Shown here: positions 1 through 12,168 of the stretch, piece after piece
How positions within the stretch are numbered: the stretch's first letter is position 1
Layout: each line of letters starts with the position of its first letter
DNA from: Raillietiella orientalis
Taxonomy: Eukaryota
Length of the DNA: 64,000 nucleotides
Direction of reading: 5' to 3'
Assembly (NCBI GenBank): GCA_036172245.1
Contig: JAYWIR010000013.1
Coordinates: 3,224,001-3,288,000, forward strand
Position numbers and translations under genes: made by a program
Notes under the pieces: generated by a model
Database searches by the model: none
What the model was told of the DNA's origin: nothing
The model's input: only the letters and a program-made list of their open reading frames with translations

Positions 1-2107
1 CGAAGAAGTCTCCGACCGCCTTCGCCGGGGTGGACATAGGTAACAGGAGCAGAAGGTCGTCGGCATAGGCTGCTACGGCGGGCGTGCCGGGACACGAGCT
101 AGGCAAGGAGGCCAAAGTCACCCTGTAGGCTCTCAGCACCAACTCAAAGTAGGTGCTGAAGAGCAGGGGACTCAGGCTATCTGCCTGCCTGATGTTTTGC
201 CGCACCGGCACGCCATGCACCTTCTGACTGCTGAAAGAGACGGAAATTATCGCATGGCGCCAGCAGGAGCGCAGGTAGTTGATCAAGGAGGGTGGGAAGC
301 CCATGCGACCTAGGAGCTCCAACAAAAGCCCCTGGTCAACACAGTCGAACGCCTTATGGAGATCGACTGCGAGCGCTAAGGCCCCCTTCCCCGCCCGGGA
401 GTCCATTCCCTGCCCTGCTGGCGGCCCCAAAGTGGGGTTGCCGATTTTTCCTTTCCCTTCCTTTTGACACCTCTGCGCGTGCATCCACGTGCTCGCGAAG
501 AAGAGGTTGGCATCCATACTTCGCCCGGGAACAGCATATGTCTGCTCCGGGCTAATAATGGATTCTGCCACCTGCCCCAGACGCGAAGCCCATAGCCCGG
601 CAACCAACTTGGCGTCCGTATTCACAATCGTGATCGGACGCCAGTTGTTCAAATTCCTAAGGTCTCCCCCTTTGGGAAGGAGCCTCACTCTGGCTGACCG
701 AAACGAGGCGGGAACATCGCCTTCGTCTCGGATCAGCCTTGTCAGCTGAAGCAGCAGGGGTGCCAGCTCTTCCGCGAAGCTCTGATAGAACTCCGCGGGC
801 AAGCCGTCTTCCCCCTGAGCTTTCCGCCTCTTGAGCCTTTTGATACCGGCGAGAATTTCGCCGGAGGTAAAAGGCTCATCGAGGCTTAACGACTCCTCCT
901 CCCCTCTTGCCGGGGCACCATCCGGAAGCAAGAGCCGAGAGGCATCTTGATCCGGGGGCGCCCTGGCGTAAAGGGAGGAATAATAACTCCGCACGAGATG
1001 CCGTACCGACGCCGGGGACGAACATTCCCGGCCCTGGTCGTCCAGCAAGCTGGCCGACCCGGATTGCCAGGCTGGGCGTTCGGCCCCGGCGCGGTACTCG
1101 GCCAGGCGACGGACATTAGGGGTTCGCTCGTACCTACGGGCCTGTAAATAGGCCCGATGGTTGCGAGGACCCTCGCCGAATCCGGAGGGCAGGCGGTCCA
1201 GGGGGACCTGCTCGCAGAATTCCCGGACCGATTCCTTAAAAAGGTCCCAGTCTTGGAGATTCCGGAGCGTGACGCCTCTCAGGTATTCGCGAAGGTGTTC
1301 CTTCGCACCTGAGAGTCGCGTCCAGTCCCCCGGCAGACGCCAGTCTCTGGATGGCGGTCCCTTGTCGCGAGGCCGCATCTCGAAAATTAACCGGGAATGG
1401 TCCGACAACGTTGACGCAACCCTCCCCCGTTTGCCGACCCGTGAACACAGGTCAGCGTCGAGGAAGACGTGGTCGATGCTGCGGACCATTCCCCTCTCAC
1501 CCGCGAACAAGTTGCGCGCACGCATGGCGGCGCACAACTCGTTCATCGCGTTCACCTGTGTTTCCGGCTCACCTGTTAGCAGGCGGAGATTGAAATCTCC
1601 CGCTATCAGGTGAGCCTTCCGCACGCTCGTGTTCGCCAGCCAGTCGCGCTTCAAGGATTCAAGCAGCCTGGTACGGTTGCTATATCCCTTTTGACCGGTT
1701 GGGGCGTACACATTCGTGACGATCAGATCGATCGAGTCCGACCAGCCGAGAGTCAGCTGACCGACCCGACCGTCGTCATCGAAGCGCACGCCCTTCACGG
1801 CAGCGTCGATGGCCGGTTTCACGAAGAACGCGACCCCGCAGGTGTTGCGGATGCCGCATTGCCAGTACAGCCGACCCCCCGCGATCGTCTCGATCTCCTG
1901 GACGTCTGCCGCGGTGATCACGTGGATCTCCTGCAACAGGGCCAGGTCGAACTCCCGCAGGGTGTCGGCTGTATCTCGCCTGTTACCGTCGTCGCGCAGC
2001 CCGTTGACATTCCAACAGGCCGCGCGAATCCGACGGCGACTGGCGAGCCCAGGTGTTACTCCGGGGAAGATGGCAGTGCGGCGTCCGCCACCTGCTGGGG
2101 CGGGACG
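1..2107 (-). CDS. ORF2 of copy A: APE endonuclease + reverse transcriptase (partial, open to the window edge)
   Basis: Manual translation: WNVNGL..LALLQEIH..TNVYAP..AGDFN..IDHVF..SDH (EN), then GEDG..EFY..NWRPITIVNTDAKL..DLHKAFD..IRQADSLSP..YADD (67-56). Same frame throughout; absent from the ORF track because it has no stop inside the window. Confidence 0.93.
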
Positions 2108-3806
2108 CTAGGTGGAGCAGGGGGGTCAGGTGCTGAAGGCACCTGGTCCCCCTCCTCCATCGGTGCCGGCGCGTCGGCCGGATCACCCGCAGGTGGAGTC
2201 GCGCCTACCTGTTCGCCCTCCTCCATGGGGGCGGGCTGTTCAGGGTCGGCGCCGGCAGGGGGGACTTCACCCCCCTGTTCACCCTCCTCCATGGGGGTGG
2301 CCGCATCGACGGCTTCCGAGCGTGGGAATTCCTCCTCCGAATTTCCCACGCTGGCGACGGCTTCCGTCTTCTCCTCCTCGCTGGTGGAGGGAGGCGCCTC
2401 CTGGGCTTCTGGGACTTGCGTCCCGACTTCCTGGGGGGTGCCTCCGAGGAGGAGGATGTGCTTCCGGCCCCCAGGTCTAACTCACCTGTGGGGGCCTTCC
2501 TCGCCGGAGCCGGCCTTCGCACGGCCTTGCGCGAGGGATTCTCACGCTCGGCCAGCGTGACCGCGAGCTCCTCCGCCGCCTGCGCGAACGCGGCGTCCGC
2601 GGTTTCGACCGCCGCTATGTCGCGCGGCTCACCCTCTGTGTAAACAGAGGGTTCGCCGTTACGAGCCTCGGGCGCAGCGGAAACGGCAAGGGAAGGATCG
2701 ACGCTCCGGGTGGCAATCTCGGGAACGACGATTCGTTCGAGTGCCACCGTGCACTCGCGCAGAGTTTTCGAGCGCGGACCGGGTTTTTTTGGCTGTCCGG
2801 CCGTCTTGCGCTCTTTGCTCTCCGCGGGTGGGAGTTTCCTTGGTTTTCTGGCCTCTACAAGCTGCCATCCCTCTTCGCCTTCCACCGTTTCAGAAGGTTT
2901 ATCCTCCGGCTTACGCGCCGGAGGTTGAGGTGTTGGCAGCTTGTGCTGGCCCTTTTCCACTTTAGGTCTAGAGACCTTTGAAGCGCGTTTCCCCTGCGCT
3001 TTTTTCGCGGCAGGGGGAACCGGGGTGGGACGTTTTGGGCACACGCGCCGAACGTGGCCCCTCTCCCCGCACAAATGGCATTGTATATTGGGACACCTTT
3101 TACGTAGGTGTCCCACGGTATCACAATGCCCGCAATACCGGGGCTTCCCTACATACCACAGGTCGACGTTTTCTTGCGCCACCTGTAGTTTGTGGGGAAG
3201 CCCACAATTCTCCCGTACGGTGACCCGCGCTGCAGCCTGCTCACCAAAAAGGCTATCGAAGCCGTCGAAAATGGAGGGTTTCGGCCACAGTGCGTGCACC
3301 TCACCGTACTTTCTCAATTCCTCACCAACCGCTGACCGCGTCATGCGGCTGGTGATGCCAGTCATGCGGACCACCACGGAGCGGTCCATGGATACTGGCA
3401 GGATCTTGCGGCCGTCTACGTTCAGCGGCGCATGGATTAGGCGGTGAGCCAAGGTGACATCTTTGCAGACCACCTCGACCCGCTGCCCGCCGCTGAGGAC
3501 GGAGAGGCCGTCCAGATCCTTCTCTGTAACATTCGCGTCCTTCAACGCTTTGCTGAAGGCGCGCGCTGTCCGGCCGTCGAACAAGTTGCCTACCTGGTAG
3601 ACAAGCGATGGCTTGTACCCGGAGGCCTTGTATGCTGCCATCTCCGCCATGGCTTCTGCGCTGGGCGCGGCCACCATGGCGCTCCATGTCCTCGGCGTGG
3701 CCGGGGATGATTCCGGGGCGGCTGCCCCTGCTCCAGTAGGCTGTGGGGGCGAACTAGCCTCCCCCACTCCCAGCTCCATCGCGGTGTCCTCTGGCGTCGT
3801 GGCCAT
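2056..3806 (-). pseudogene. ORF1 (gag-like nucleic-acid-binding protein) of copy A, one frameshift near 2395
   Basis: MATTPEDTAM start; RRM-like region; CGHCDTVGHLRKRC and CHLCGERGHVRRVC knuckles; acidic PMEE-repeat tail lies in a second frame (2056-2349). Confidence 0.88.
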
Positions 3807-3892
3807 TGGACACCGACGATGTACACAAAACACCACACAGAAGAAAAAGCGCTTTCCTACTACTCTTTGGGGAGTGAAGGAAAAACACGTCC

Positions 3893-5280
3893 TCCTACTG
3901 GCCGCGGAGGAAGCTGGCTGCAACGAGGCTGCCAGCTCCTCCGCGGCTCGCGCGAAGGCTGCGTCGTCGATGGTGGTGTCGATGACGGACGCCGCCGCCG
4001 GCTCGCTCCCCTCGCTGTTGACTGTTTCAACAGAGGGGAGGTCGTCGGTAGCAGCGAGTTCTTTCCGGCAGCGTTCGGCAACATCGAGAACGCGTTCGAC
4101 AACGACGCTGCACTCTTTTATTATCGCGCTACCCTGCTCTTTCTTCTTCTGTTGGTAGGCGATTTTCTTTTCCATCCTCCTCTCCTTCTTTGATTTTTTG
4201 GCCGTTGCCACTTGCCACCCAGTCTCCTGGGCGGCTCCCTCAACTTTTTCGGCGTGGGTCGCCGGGGTCTCGGGTGCGGCCTGGGTCTTGGGCGCGGGTG
4301 GCACAGCCTTCGCGGCAGCTTTCGCCGCCAGTCTTTTCTGCAGAAGCCGGGCGCGTTTTTTAAGGTTTCTCTTGGAAACCACCCGCACTGCTGCTTTTGG
4401 GCACACCTCTCTCGTGTGGCCCATTGTGCCGCATACTTGGCACTGCACATTGGGACACCTCTTTTTGAGGTGGCCCGACGTATTGCAGAAGCCACAGTAT
4501 TTCGGCTCGAAAGAGGTCGACGGTTTCGCCTTCGACCACCAGTTTGTGGGGAAGAGTGCAGCCCTCCCGAACGGTCACGCGCGCAGCAGTGAGGCCGTGT
4601 TGCAGCCCCGTGTAGTCCTCGAAAGGACTAACTTTCGTCCACTGCGCGTGGACCGTTCCGAACTGTTCCAAAGCGGCGCGAACCTGTTCTTTGCGCATTC
4701 GCGCGGTCACGCCTAACAGGTGGACCACCATGCTGCGGTCCGCCGTAGTGGGGAGAAGCCTGCGCGTCCCCATCACAACGGGGGTTTTAAGCAGTCGTTG
4801 GGCCAGCTCTGCATGTTTGCAGATGACCTCAATGTACTGACCCCCGCTGCGGATGGTCATAGCGCTGAGCTCCTCCTCTTTCACATCGAGAGCGCGCATG
4901 CCCTTCGAGAAGGCGCGCGCGCTCTTTAAAGAATATAAATTGCCTACCTTGTAGAACAATGACTGGTTGTACCCCTCCTCTACATAGGCCGACAATTCCG
5001 CCGCGGCTGCAGGCGATGGCGCCGACACAACGGCGCTCCACTCCCGCGCTGCAGCGGGGACCGATTCTGTTGGGGCGGATGCCCCCACCTCCATCGCCTC
5101 TGGGGGCGACGTTGCCGCCGCCCCCTGGATCTCCATCGCCTCTGTGGGCGGCGTTGCCGCTGCCCACTGGCCATCCCTGGTGGTCGCGTCATACATCGCT
5201 GCCTGATCGACCACCGAACCACACGACGCTTGCACTGGGGGAGACTTCCTGGCACGAGGAGCACCGAGAAAACACGTCCA
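3893..5280 (-). mobile_element. Same family, piece C: 5' end and 5' two-thirds of ORF1, cut by copy A
   Basis: 5' motif at 5279-5269; ORF1 homology (YKVGNL..SGGQ..VHAQW..CGFCNTSGHLKKRC..CQVCGTMGHTREVC); frameshift near 4510. Confidence 0.9.
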
Positions 5281-5290
5281 CCCTGGAGCA

Positions 5291-7395
5291 CGCAAGGCGG
5301 TCGACTGTGTAGACCAGGAACTCTTCTTGGAGCTCCTGGTTCGCATGGGCTTCCCACCCTTCTTGATTTCCTACCTGCGCTCTTGCTGGTGGAACGCGAT
5401 AATTTCGATCCTTTTCAGCAGTCAAAAGGTGTATGGCGTGCCGGTTCGGCGGGGTATACGGCAGGAAGATAGTCTCAGTCCCCTGCTCTTTAGCACCTAC
5501 TTTGATTTGGTGCTGAGAGCGTACTGGGTGACTTTGGCCCCTTTGCTAAGCTCGTGCCCCAGCACGCCCGCCGTAAGTGTTTATGCAGACGATCTTCTGC
5601 TTCTGTTACCTGTGTCCACCCCGGCGAAGGCGATCGGAGATTTCTTCGACCTGCTCAGCCGCGGGACCGGACTGCAGGTGAACAGGACGAAGTCGTCGGT
5701 GGTGTCAGTTGGTGCGGCGTGGGCAGGGCAGCAGGACTGGGTTTGTTCGGGGATCCCCATGGCGAGGTGCATCAAGTACCTTGGTGTGCCGTTGGGGGAC
5801 TTCTCCCTTGCGGAAGCGTGGTCCAGCTGCCTCCAAAAAGTCGAGACGGCGATCGGCCCGTTCCTGGAAGGCAAGTTTCACTTGCCGGAACGGGCCGCGG
5901 TGTGGAACGCCTTTGCTGCCCCCATTTTCCGCTTCTTGCTTTTTGTTTGCCCCGCCCCAGGAGTTGTTAAAAGGAGGACGAAGGACCTCCTCCGCATCGC
6001 CCTTTGGGGCAAGGGGAGGCCCCTAGTCTCTTTGAAGGACTTTTGCGCTCCTCGTCGGGACGGCGGACTTAGTCTCCTGACGCTGGAGCGCGTGGAGAAA
6101 CAGCTGCGATGGCGTACCCTTGCCATCGCAGCGAAGATGTGGAGCACCCCGTGGTGCATTCCGGCTCGCCTTCTCGCCAGTCGTGTGTCCCGGTGCGAGG
6201 GACTTGCGTCTTTTCTTCTGTGCCCCGGCCGGAAGATCAGAAGATGAGGCCTACAGCTCGGGCGCATGGCATCGTTGGCCATGGACAACAGCTGGATGGT
6301 TTGCTGCCCCTCCAACTCCTCCGCCTGGCTGGAGGAGAACATCGGAAGGTGGGCTGTGGTGAACCAGATAAGCCACGTAACGTGGAATCGTCTCCGATGC
6401 GGCCCCTACGCCCGCTGCACTCTGAGGAATCTTCTGGAGAATCCAGCTAGAAGCACGTGGGCAGACACAACTTGCCTGGCTACGGCGCTGCCCTTCCTGA
6501 GGAGGGCGCTTGACTGCAGTCGGACGCCAAGGTGGCAAGTCTCCTGCTGCATCGAGGGACGGGAGAAGAGAATGAGCGGCTGGACCATGGGTCAACTGGT
6601 TGACGCCACGACCCCGAGCATCCAGCCGCGAGGACTAAGAAGATGGGGCGATCTGCTGGCCATCCTTATGGATGTGCTGAAGTGGCCCCCGCTTCTTCAG
6701 GAATCCAGGATCCTGCCCCTTAAGTGGAAAGAGTCGGCGTTGCTGTTGTTGCATTGGGGTTTACCCTGCAACGCACGCCGCTCCCACTGGACAAGAGGAG
6801 TTGTGGATCCTGCGTGTGTCAGGTGCGGAGAGCGGGAATCGCTCTCTCACCTTATTGTGGACTGTGCTGCCCTCCGTCCCCTTTTGGAACGGTTTGGGAC
6901 GACCCTCGGTCTCCCTACGGGCAGTTCCCCTAGAGACGTTTTTCGGCTTCTCTTCGCGCGGGACGCCCTGCAGCCAGCCGCAGTCCTTGCAGCCTTGTGC
7001 TGCATCCGAGGCATCGTGGCGGCATGGAGCGACACCAACAAGGGAGGAGTGGGTCAGCACGCGAGGGATGTCATCCCATATGCCCACCGCTTCTTGCGGA
7101 GAGCTGCTGGATGGCCCCAACTGGGGAACATACGGATGGACCTCGAGGGCTTCCTTCAACGGATGGGCCCTCCTCTCAGCGAACAGTGATCCCTTCCCTG
7201 CCCTCCAACCTCTTTTGTTTGTTTGCGTTTTTATTTTTACTTTTGTTTTTTCCCCATCCCTTTTCGCTGCTGGGGAGTGCCACGCCGGGCTGCGTCCCGG
7301 CGTCCCGGTAGGTCCCGTGCATAAGGCCGTGAGCGGGGCCTGGTACCGCAATTGTAGAGTTTTTTATTAATAAACGCCCCGGGCGAACCCGGGTG
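5291..7395 (+). mobile_element. Same family, piece E: 3' half (RT from KAxDCVD, zinc finger, 3' UTR)
   Basis: GIRQEDSLSP, YADD, GLQVNRTKS, KYLGVP, DGGL, CVRCGERESLSHLIVDC; frameshift near 6245; stop 7189; AATAAA 7369-7374. Confidence 0.93.
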
Positions 7396-10085
7396 GCAAC
7401 TCCAAATCCCCGGGGCAGGCGGTGCAAAGGGAAATCCTCGCAGAACTCGCGGACCGAGACCTTCATGCGGTTTCATTCTTCGAGGTTGCGGAGGATGACG
7501 CCTCTCAGGAACTGACGGAGATGTTCCGCCGCACCGGAGATGCGCGTCCAGTCCCCTGGCATACGCCACGCCCTGGATGGTGGTCCTTTGTCGCGTGGCA
7601 TAATTTCGATTATCTACCGGAAGTGGTCCGATAGCGTCGACGGAGGTTTCCCTCGTCTGCCGACCCGTGGGCACAGGTCGGCGTCAAGGAAGACGTGGTC
7701 TACACTTTGGGCCATTTCCGGTAGGTCCCCCAGCAAGTTGCGCGTACGCATAGCGGCACACAACTCGTTGGTTGCGTCTTTTTGCCTGCAAGGCACACCT
7801 GAGAGCAGGCGGATGTTGAAATCCCCTCCGATCAGCTGTGCCTTGCGTACGTTTGTATCCGCCAGCCAGTCGCGCTTCAGGGTTTCGAGGAACCGGGAAC
7901 GTTCCCCGTATCCGCGTCCTCCGCTCGGAGCGTACACATTAGTCACGACAAGGTCGATCGAGTCGGACCACCTAAGGATAAGCTGGCCAACCCGACTGTC
8001 CTTGTCGAATCGTACGTCCTTTACGAAGGAAGCGACTGTTGGCTTCATAAAAAACGCGACGCCACAGGTGTTGCGAGCGCCGCATTGCCAAAATAGACGA
8101 CCCCCTGCGATCCTTTCGATCTCCTGGGCGTTCTCCGCGGTGATCACGTGGATCTCCTGCAGGAGTGCCAGGTCGAAGTCACGCAGGGTGTCGGCCGTGT
8201 CCCGCCTGTTGCCGTCATCGCGCAGCCCGTTGACGTTCCAGCAGGCCACGCGTAATCGACGGCGACAGGCGAGCCCAGGTGTTACTCCTGGGAAAGTGGC
8301 AATGGGGCTCCCGCCACCTTGTCGGGCGGGACGCTAGGAGGAGGGGGTGCGTCGCGCACCGCTTCTCCCTCCTCCATGGAGGACGATTCGTCGTCGGGGC
8401 CTTGCAGAGGAAGTAGGGGTTCACCCACCTGCACATCCTCCTCCATGGGGGTCGCTAGCTGCACGGTGTCGGGGAATGAGATATTCCCACCCTCGCCTCC
8501 CACGCTGCCGGCTTCCCCCTCGGGGGCCGATTCATCCGCCTCCTTATTGATCCGGATGCGCCTCCTGGGGTTCTGAGACTTCCGTCCCGTCTTCTTTGGT
8601 GGCGCCTCCGCTGAAGAGGACGCACTTTCGACGTCCGGATCGGCCTCACCTGCCTCCGGAGCCTTCCTCGCGGCCGGCCTTCGCAAGGCTTTTCGCGAGT
8701 TCTTTTCACGGCCTTGCAGTTCAGCCGTGAGTTCTTCCACCGCCTGCTGGAAGGCGGCCTCCTCGATCGCGTCGAGCGTGGCGCGCGGTTCCCCTTCTGT
8801 TTCGCCAGAGGGTTCACCATCGACCGTCGCGGCTTCGGCGGACGCGAGGGGGGGGATTGCTCCCCCGGTGGCGGCATCGGGTGCCTCCACACGTTCTAAT
8901 TTTACCGAACACGCGCGGAGCTTTTCGCGGCACGGTTTTTCGCGCTGCGTTTTTGTTTTCACCGCGTTTCGTTCGGGACTCCCGGGTTTTCTTCGTGGCT
9001 GTACCGTCTGCCAGCCTTCGCCGTCACCAGCGTCGTCGGGAGTGTTCTCAACCGACGTTTGCTGTGAGGGCTTAGGGACTGGCATCTGGCTTTTTACAGC
9101 CTGTTTCAGGTTATTCACACCTCTCCCGCCCGTTTCCCCTTTGCCTTTTTTGCAGCGGATGGGGGCGGGATTTCTCTTCTTGGGCACACCTTACGGATGT
9201 GGCCCTTATTTCCACATAAGTGGCATTGGATGTTAGGGCACCGCTTTTTTAGATGCCCTGTAGCATCGCAATGGCCACAATACTTGGGCTTTCCCACGTA
9301 CCAAAAATCGACTTTTTCTTCGCCGATATTCAGTTTGTGGGGAAGCCCACCATTCTCTGGTAGGGTGACGCGGGCTGCGGCCATCCCACTGAATAGCCTT
9401 CCGTACGTTCGGAAGACATTGGGTTTGGCCCAATACGCGTGCACACTACTATGCTTCGACAACTCCTCATGGACGCTGGTTTTGTCCATTCGGAGTGATA
9501 CGCCCGTGAGGTGGACCACGACGGAGCGATCCTCCGTCACAGGGAAGATCCTGCGGCCGTCCACCGTAATAGAGGTGTTCAGCAGTCGCTGCGCCAGACT
9601 TGCCTCTTTGCATGTCAGCTCAACTCGCTGGCCCCCACTAAGGACGGATAGGCCTAAAAGGTCTTCCTCCCTCACGTTCAACCTTTGCAGCTCCATTTCG
9701 AAGGAGCGTGCAATTTTTTCATCAAACACACTGCCTACCTTATAGATCAGAGACGGCTTGTAGCCGCTGTCCTTGTAGGCAGTCTGCTCCGCTACTGCAT
9801 CCGGGGATGGTGCAGCAACGACGTCACTCCAACTCCTCGCCAATGGCAAAGAGGGTCGCGAAGGGGTGGTTGCCCCCGATTCCGATGGGACAAGTGCCCC
9901 GGATTCCGTGGGGGCGGATGCCCCCACTTTCATTGGTGGAGGAGAGCATGTCGCTTCTCCTCCTACAACTTCCATCGCAGTGTCCTCAGGCATTTCTGCC
10001 ATGGGACACCGGTACTCCCACACACCAGGCAACCAACGAAAAGCTTCCCACTAACCAATCCGTGGAGCGATGCCAAACCACGTCC
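7396..10085 (-). mobile_element. Same family, piece B: 5' end, ORF1 (10002-8282, frameshift ~9180), endonuclease and start of linker
   Basis: 5' motif GGACGTGGTTT at 10085-10075; ORFs 9115-10032, 8282-9187 and 7614-8249 match copy A ORF1 and EN. Confidence 0.93.
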
Positions 10086-10094
10086 GCTCCCTAG

Positions 10095-10700
10095 AACGAC
10101 ACGGGGAAGTGTGAATCCTAGCTGTGCCAGGTGTGGGGAGCAGGAAACCCTCCCGCACCTTTTAGTTGACTGTGTTGCCTTCCGGACCCTATGGGAACGG
10201 TTCGGTCCCACCTTAGGGATCCTGGAAGGTAGCCCTCCCAGAGACTTTTTTTGGTTCCTCTTTGTACAAAACACCCTGCAGCCAGCCGCGGTCCTAGCAG
10301 CTCTCTGCTGCGTACGCGGCATTATGGCAGCTTGGAGTGGATCCGACCAAGCAGAAGATGTTAACGGAAGGGATGCCATGGAGTATGCAGCTCGTTTTCA
10401 GCGAATAGCATCCCGATGGCCCACCTGGAAAATCTGTACCAGGACCTCGTCGGCATCCTGCAAAGGATGGATGCTCCACGCAACGGACAGTGATCCCCTC
10501 CCGGTCCTCCAGATGACAAGTGTTTTCCTGTTTCTTTATTTTTTATTTTTGTTTTTTCCCCAACCCCATCCGTTTACGTGGAGTGTCAAGTCGGTCTGCG
10601 CACCGATCACCCGACAGTTCTACAGAACTATTGGCCGCAGCGGGGCCTTGTACCGCAAATTCTGTAAGTTTTTGAATAAACGCCACGGCTTGACCGGGTG
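10095..10700 (+). mobile_element. Same family, piece F: zinc-finger region and 3' UTR
   Basis: CARCGEQETLPHLLVDC; 3' UTR alignable to E; AATAAA 10675-10680. Confidence 0.9.
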
Positions 10701-10704
10701 AAAA

Positions 10705-12168
10705 CGTCGAACCGTACGCTATGTACCGTATGCATGATGGCCGGCTGTATCAGGAAGGCCGTCTCTTTCGCTTTACGGGCGCCGCACTGCCAATGCAGCA
10801 TTCCGCCCGCGATCCGTTCGATGTCGGCGGCATCCTCGTACGCGATCACGTGGATCTCTTGAAGGAGCGCCAAGTCAAAGTTTCGTAGGGCGTCGGCTTT
10901 GTCGCGTCTTTTCCCGACGTCGCGCAGGCCTTTTACGTTCCAAACGGCCACGTGCATGCTACGGGAGGACGCGACTCCACGTGTTACTGCTGGGATTCTG
11001 GCAGTGCAGTCCCCTTCTGGCTTGCAGAGGGCGCTTTCTCTTTGGGAAAAGGCATTTCTCAGACTTCCGAGGCACTCTCTATGCCTTCCTCACCTTGAGG
11101 CGGGAAGGACGTGATTGCCTCCTCGAAGGAGTCCCGTGAGCCTTCCTCCATCTTCTCTGGGTCAGAACCAGTGTCGTTCTACCTTTGCAGGGATACTTCC
11201 CTGTGGACGGCTTCGGCATGGCGCGCAAACGTGTAGCGTGGTCCCTCTACGGGAGGCGCCGGTTCCGCGTTCGCCTCTACCACGGAGATCGTGCAGAGCG
11301 ATTCTTTTGCGGTGGGTGCGCGTATAGCGTCCTGAGCTGCTCTCGCGGCCGCACGCGTCATGACGCTGGGGCGCTTTCCAGAGGTTGGCGAAAGATTTAC
11401 AGGCCTGCCGCTGGGTACTGCTGGTGAGGTCAACAACCTTGACGACCTGCATGCTGTAAGTCCCGTCTACGTGCACTCGGTCGCGGGTGGTGCGACCTTG
11501 TCGTTCTCCGTAGGAGGTGGGACGGTGCGCTGAGGCCGCAGCTTCCACGTTTTTTATTTTCTCGAGTCGTGGAAGGACTTCGCGAGCAATCTGCGGTTTC
11601 TTCTTCTTTCTTTTTTCAACCTTTCGTTTTTTTCGATTGGTGAACTGCACTCAGCCTGCTTCCTCTTTTCCCTCTTCGGCTTCTGCATGGCTGCTCGCCG
11701 CAGGTGCAGGTGTAATGGATGCCGTTGGCTGTGGGTCACCTTCCGGAATCGCCTTAGATGCGGAATTGGCTGAGAGAGCTCGATTGTTCTTATTTTTTTA
11801 TTCCTTCTATTTTAAATTATTTTTTTCCAAGGGTGCTTCCCCTTGTATCAGACGTTGACAAGTTTCCTGCCGACGTCAAATCTGTGGGGTAACGGACGGT
11901 AGTGGCCGCAAGCAGACCAAGTTCTTAAACGACAGGTGGCATGTCGATGTCACAGGGCGGTTCCCATATTTTCTAGAGACAGAAGTTAGCTTCTTCGCGG
12001 TCTGATCAGTGGCCACTGTGAGGCTACTGATCAGATCTATTGGTCCCTGGTATGCAGGGATGACGTAGAGCTTCGCCCACAGTGCGTGCACCGTCGCGAA
12101 CTACTCCAATTTCCGGTGGACAGTCTCCTTGGTCGTCCTTAACGTGATGCACGATCAGGAAGCGGTCG
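10705..12168 (-). mobile_element. Same family, piece D: decayed 5'-truncated ORF1 plus N-terminal endonuclease
   Basis: VHALWAK near 12090; MHVAVWNVKGL..LALLQEIH..VRFD (10957-10705). Confidence 0.82.

Larger units (their letters stand above)
1..3892 (-). mobile_element. L1/Tx1-clade non-LTR retrotransposon, copy A (most intact; 5' end present, 3' part runs off the window)
   Basis: 5' motif GGACGTGTTTT (3892-3882), ~86-nt leader, ORF1 with paired CCHC knuckles, then APE endonuclease and RT in one open frame. Confidence 0.95.

Noticed and set aside
1610..2560. 316-aa plus-strand ORF and similar ORFs (7540-8337, 9685-10701)
   Set aside because: Antisense shadows of GC-rich retrotransposon coding sequence; 9685-10701 crosses a junction between two pieces.
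2205..4448. 747-aa ORF with two sets of zinc knuckles as a single gene
   Set aside because: Chance in-frame fusion of broken ORF1 of C, the leader of A and ORF1 of A; the last ~60 aa are post-frameshift.
5291..10085. A single element with ORF1-EN and RT permanently on opposite strands
   Set aside because: Copy A and G/I show the normal colinear EN-linker-RT order, so the convergent layout is explained by insertion.
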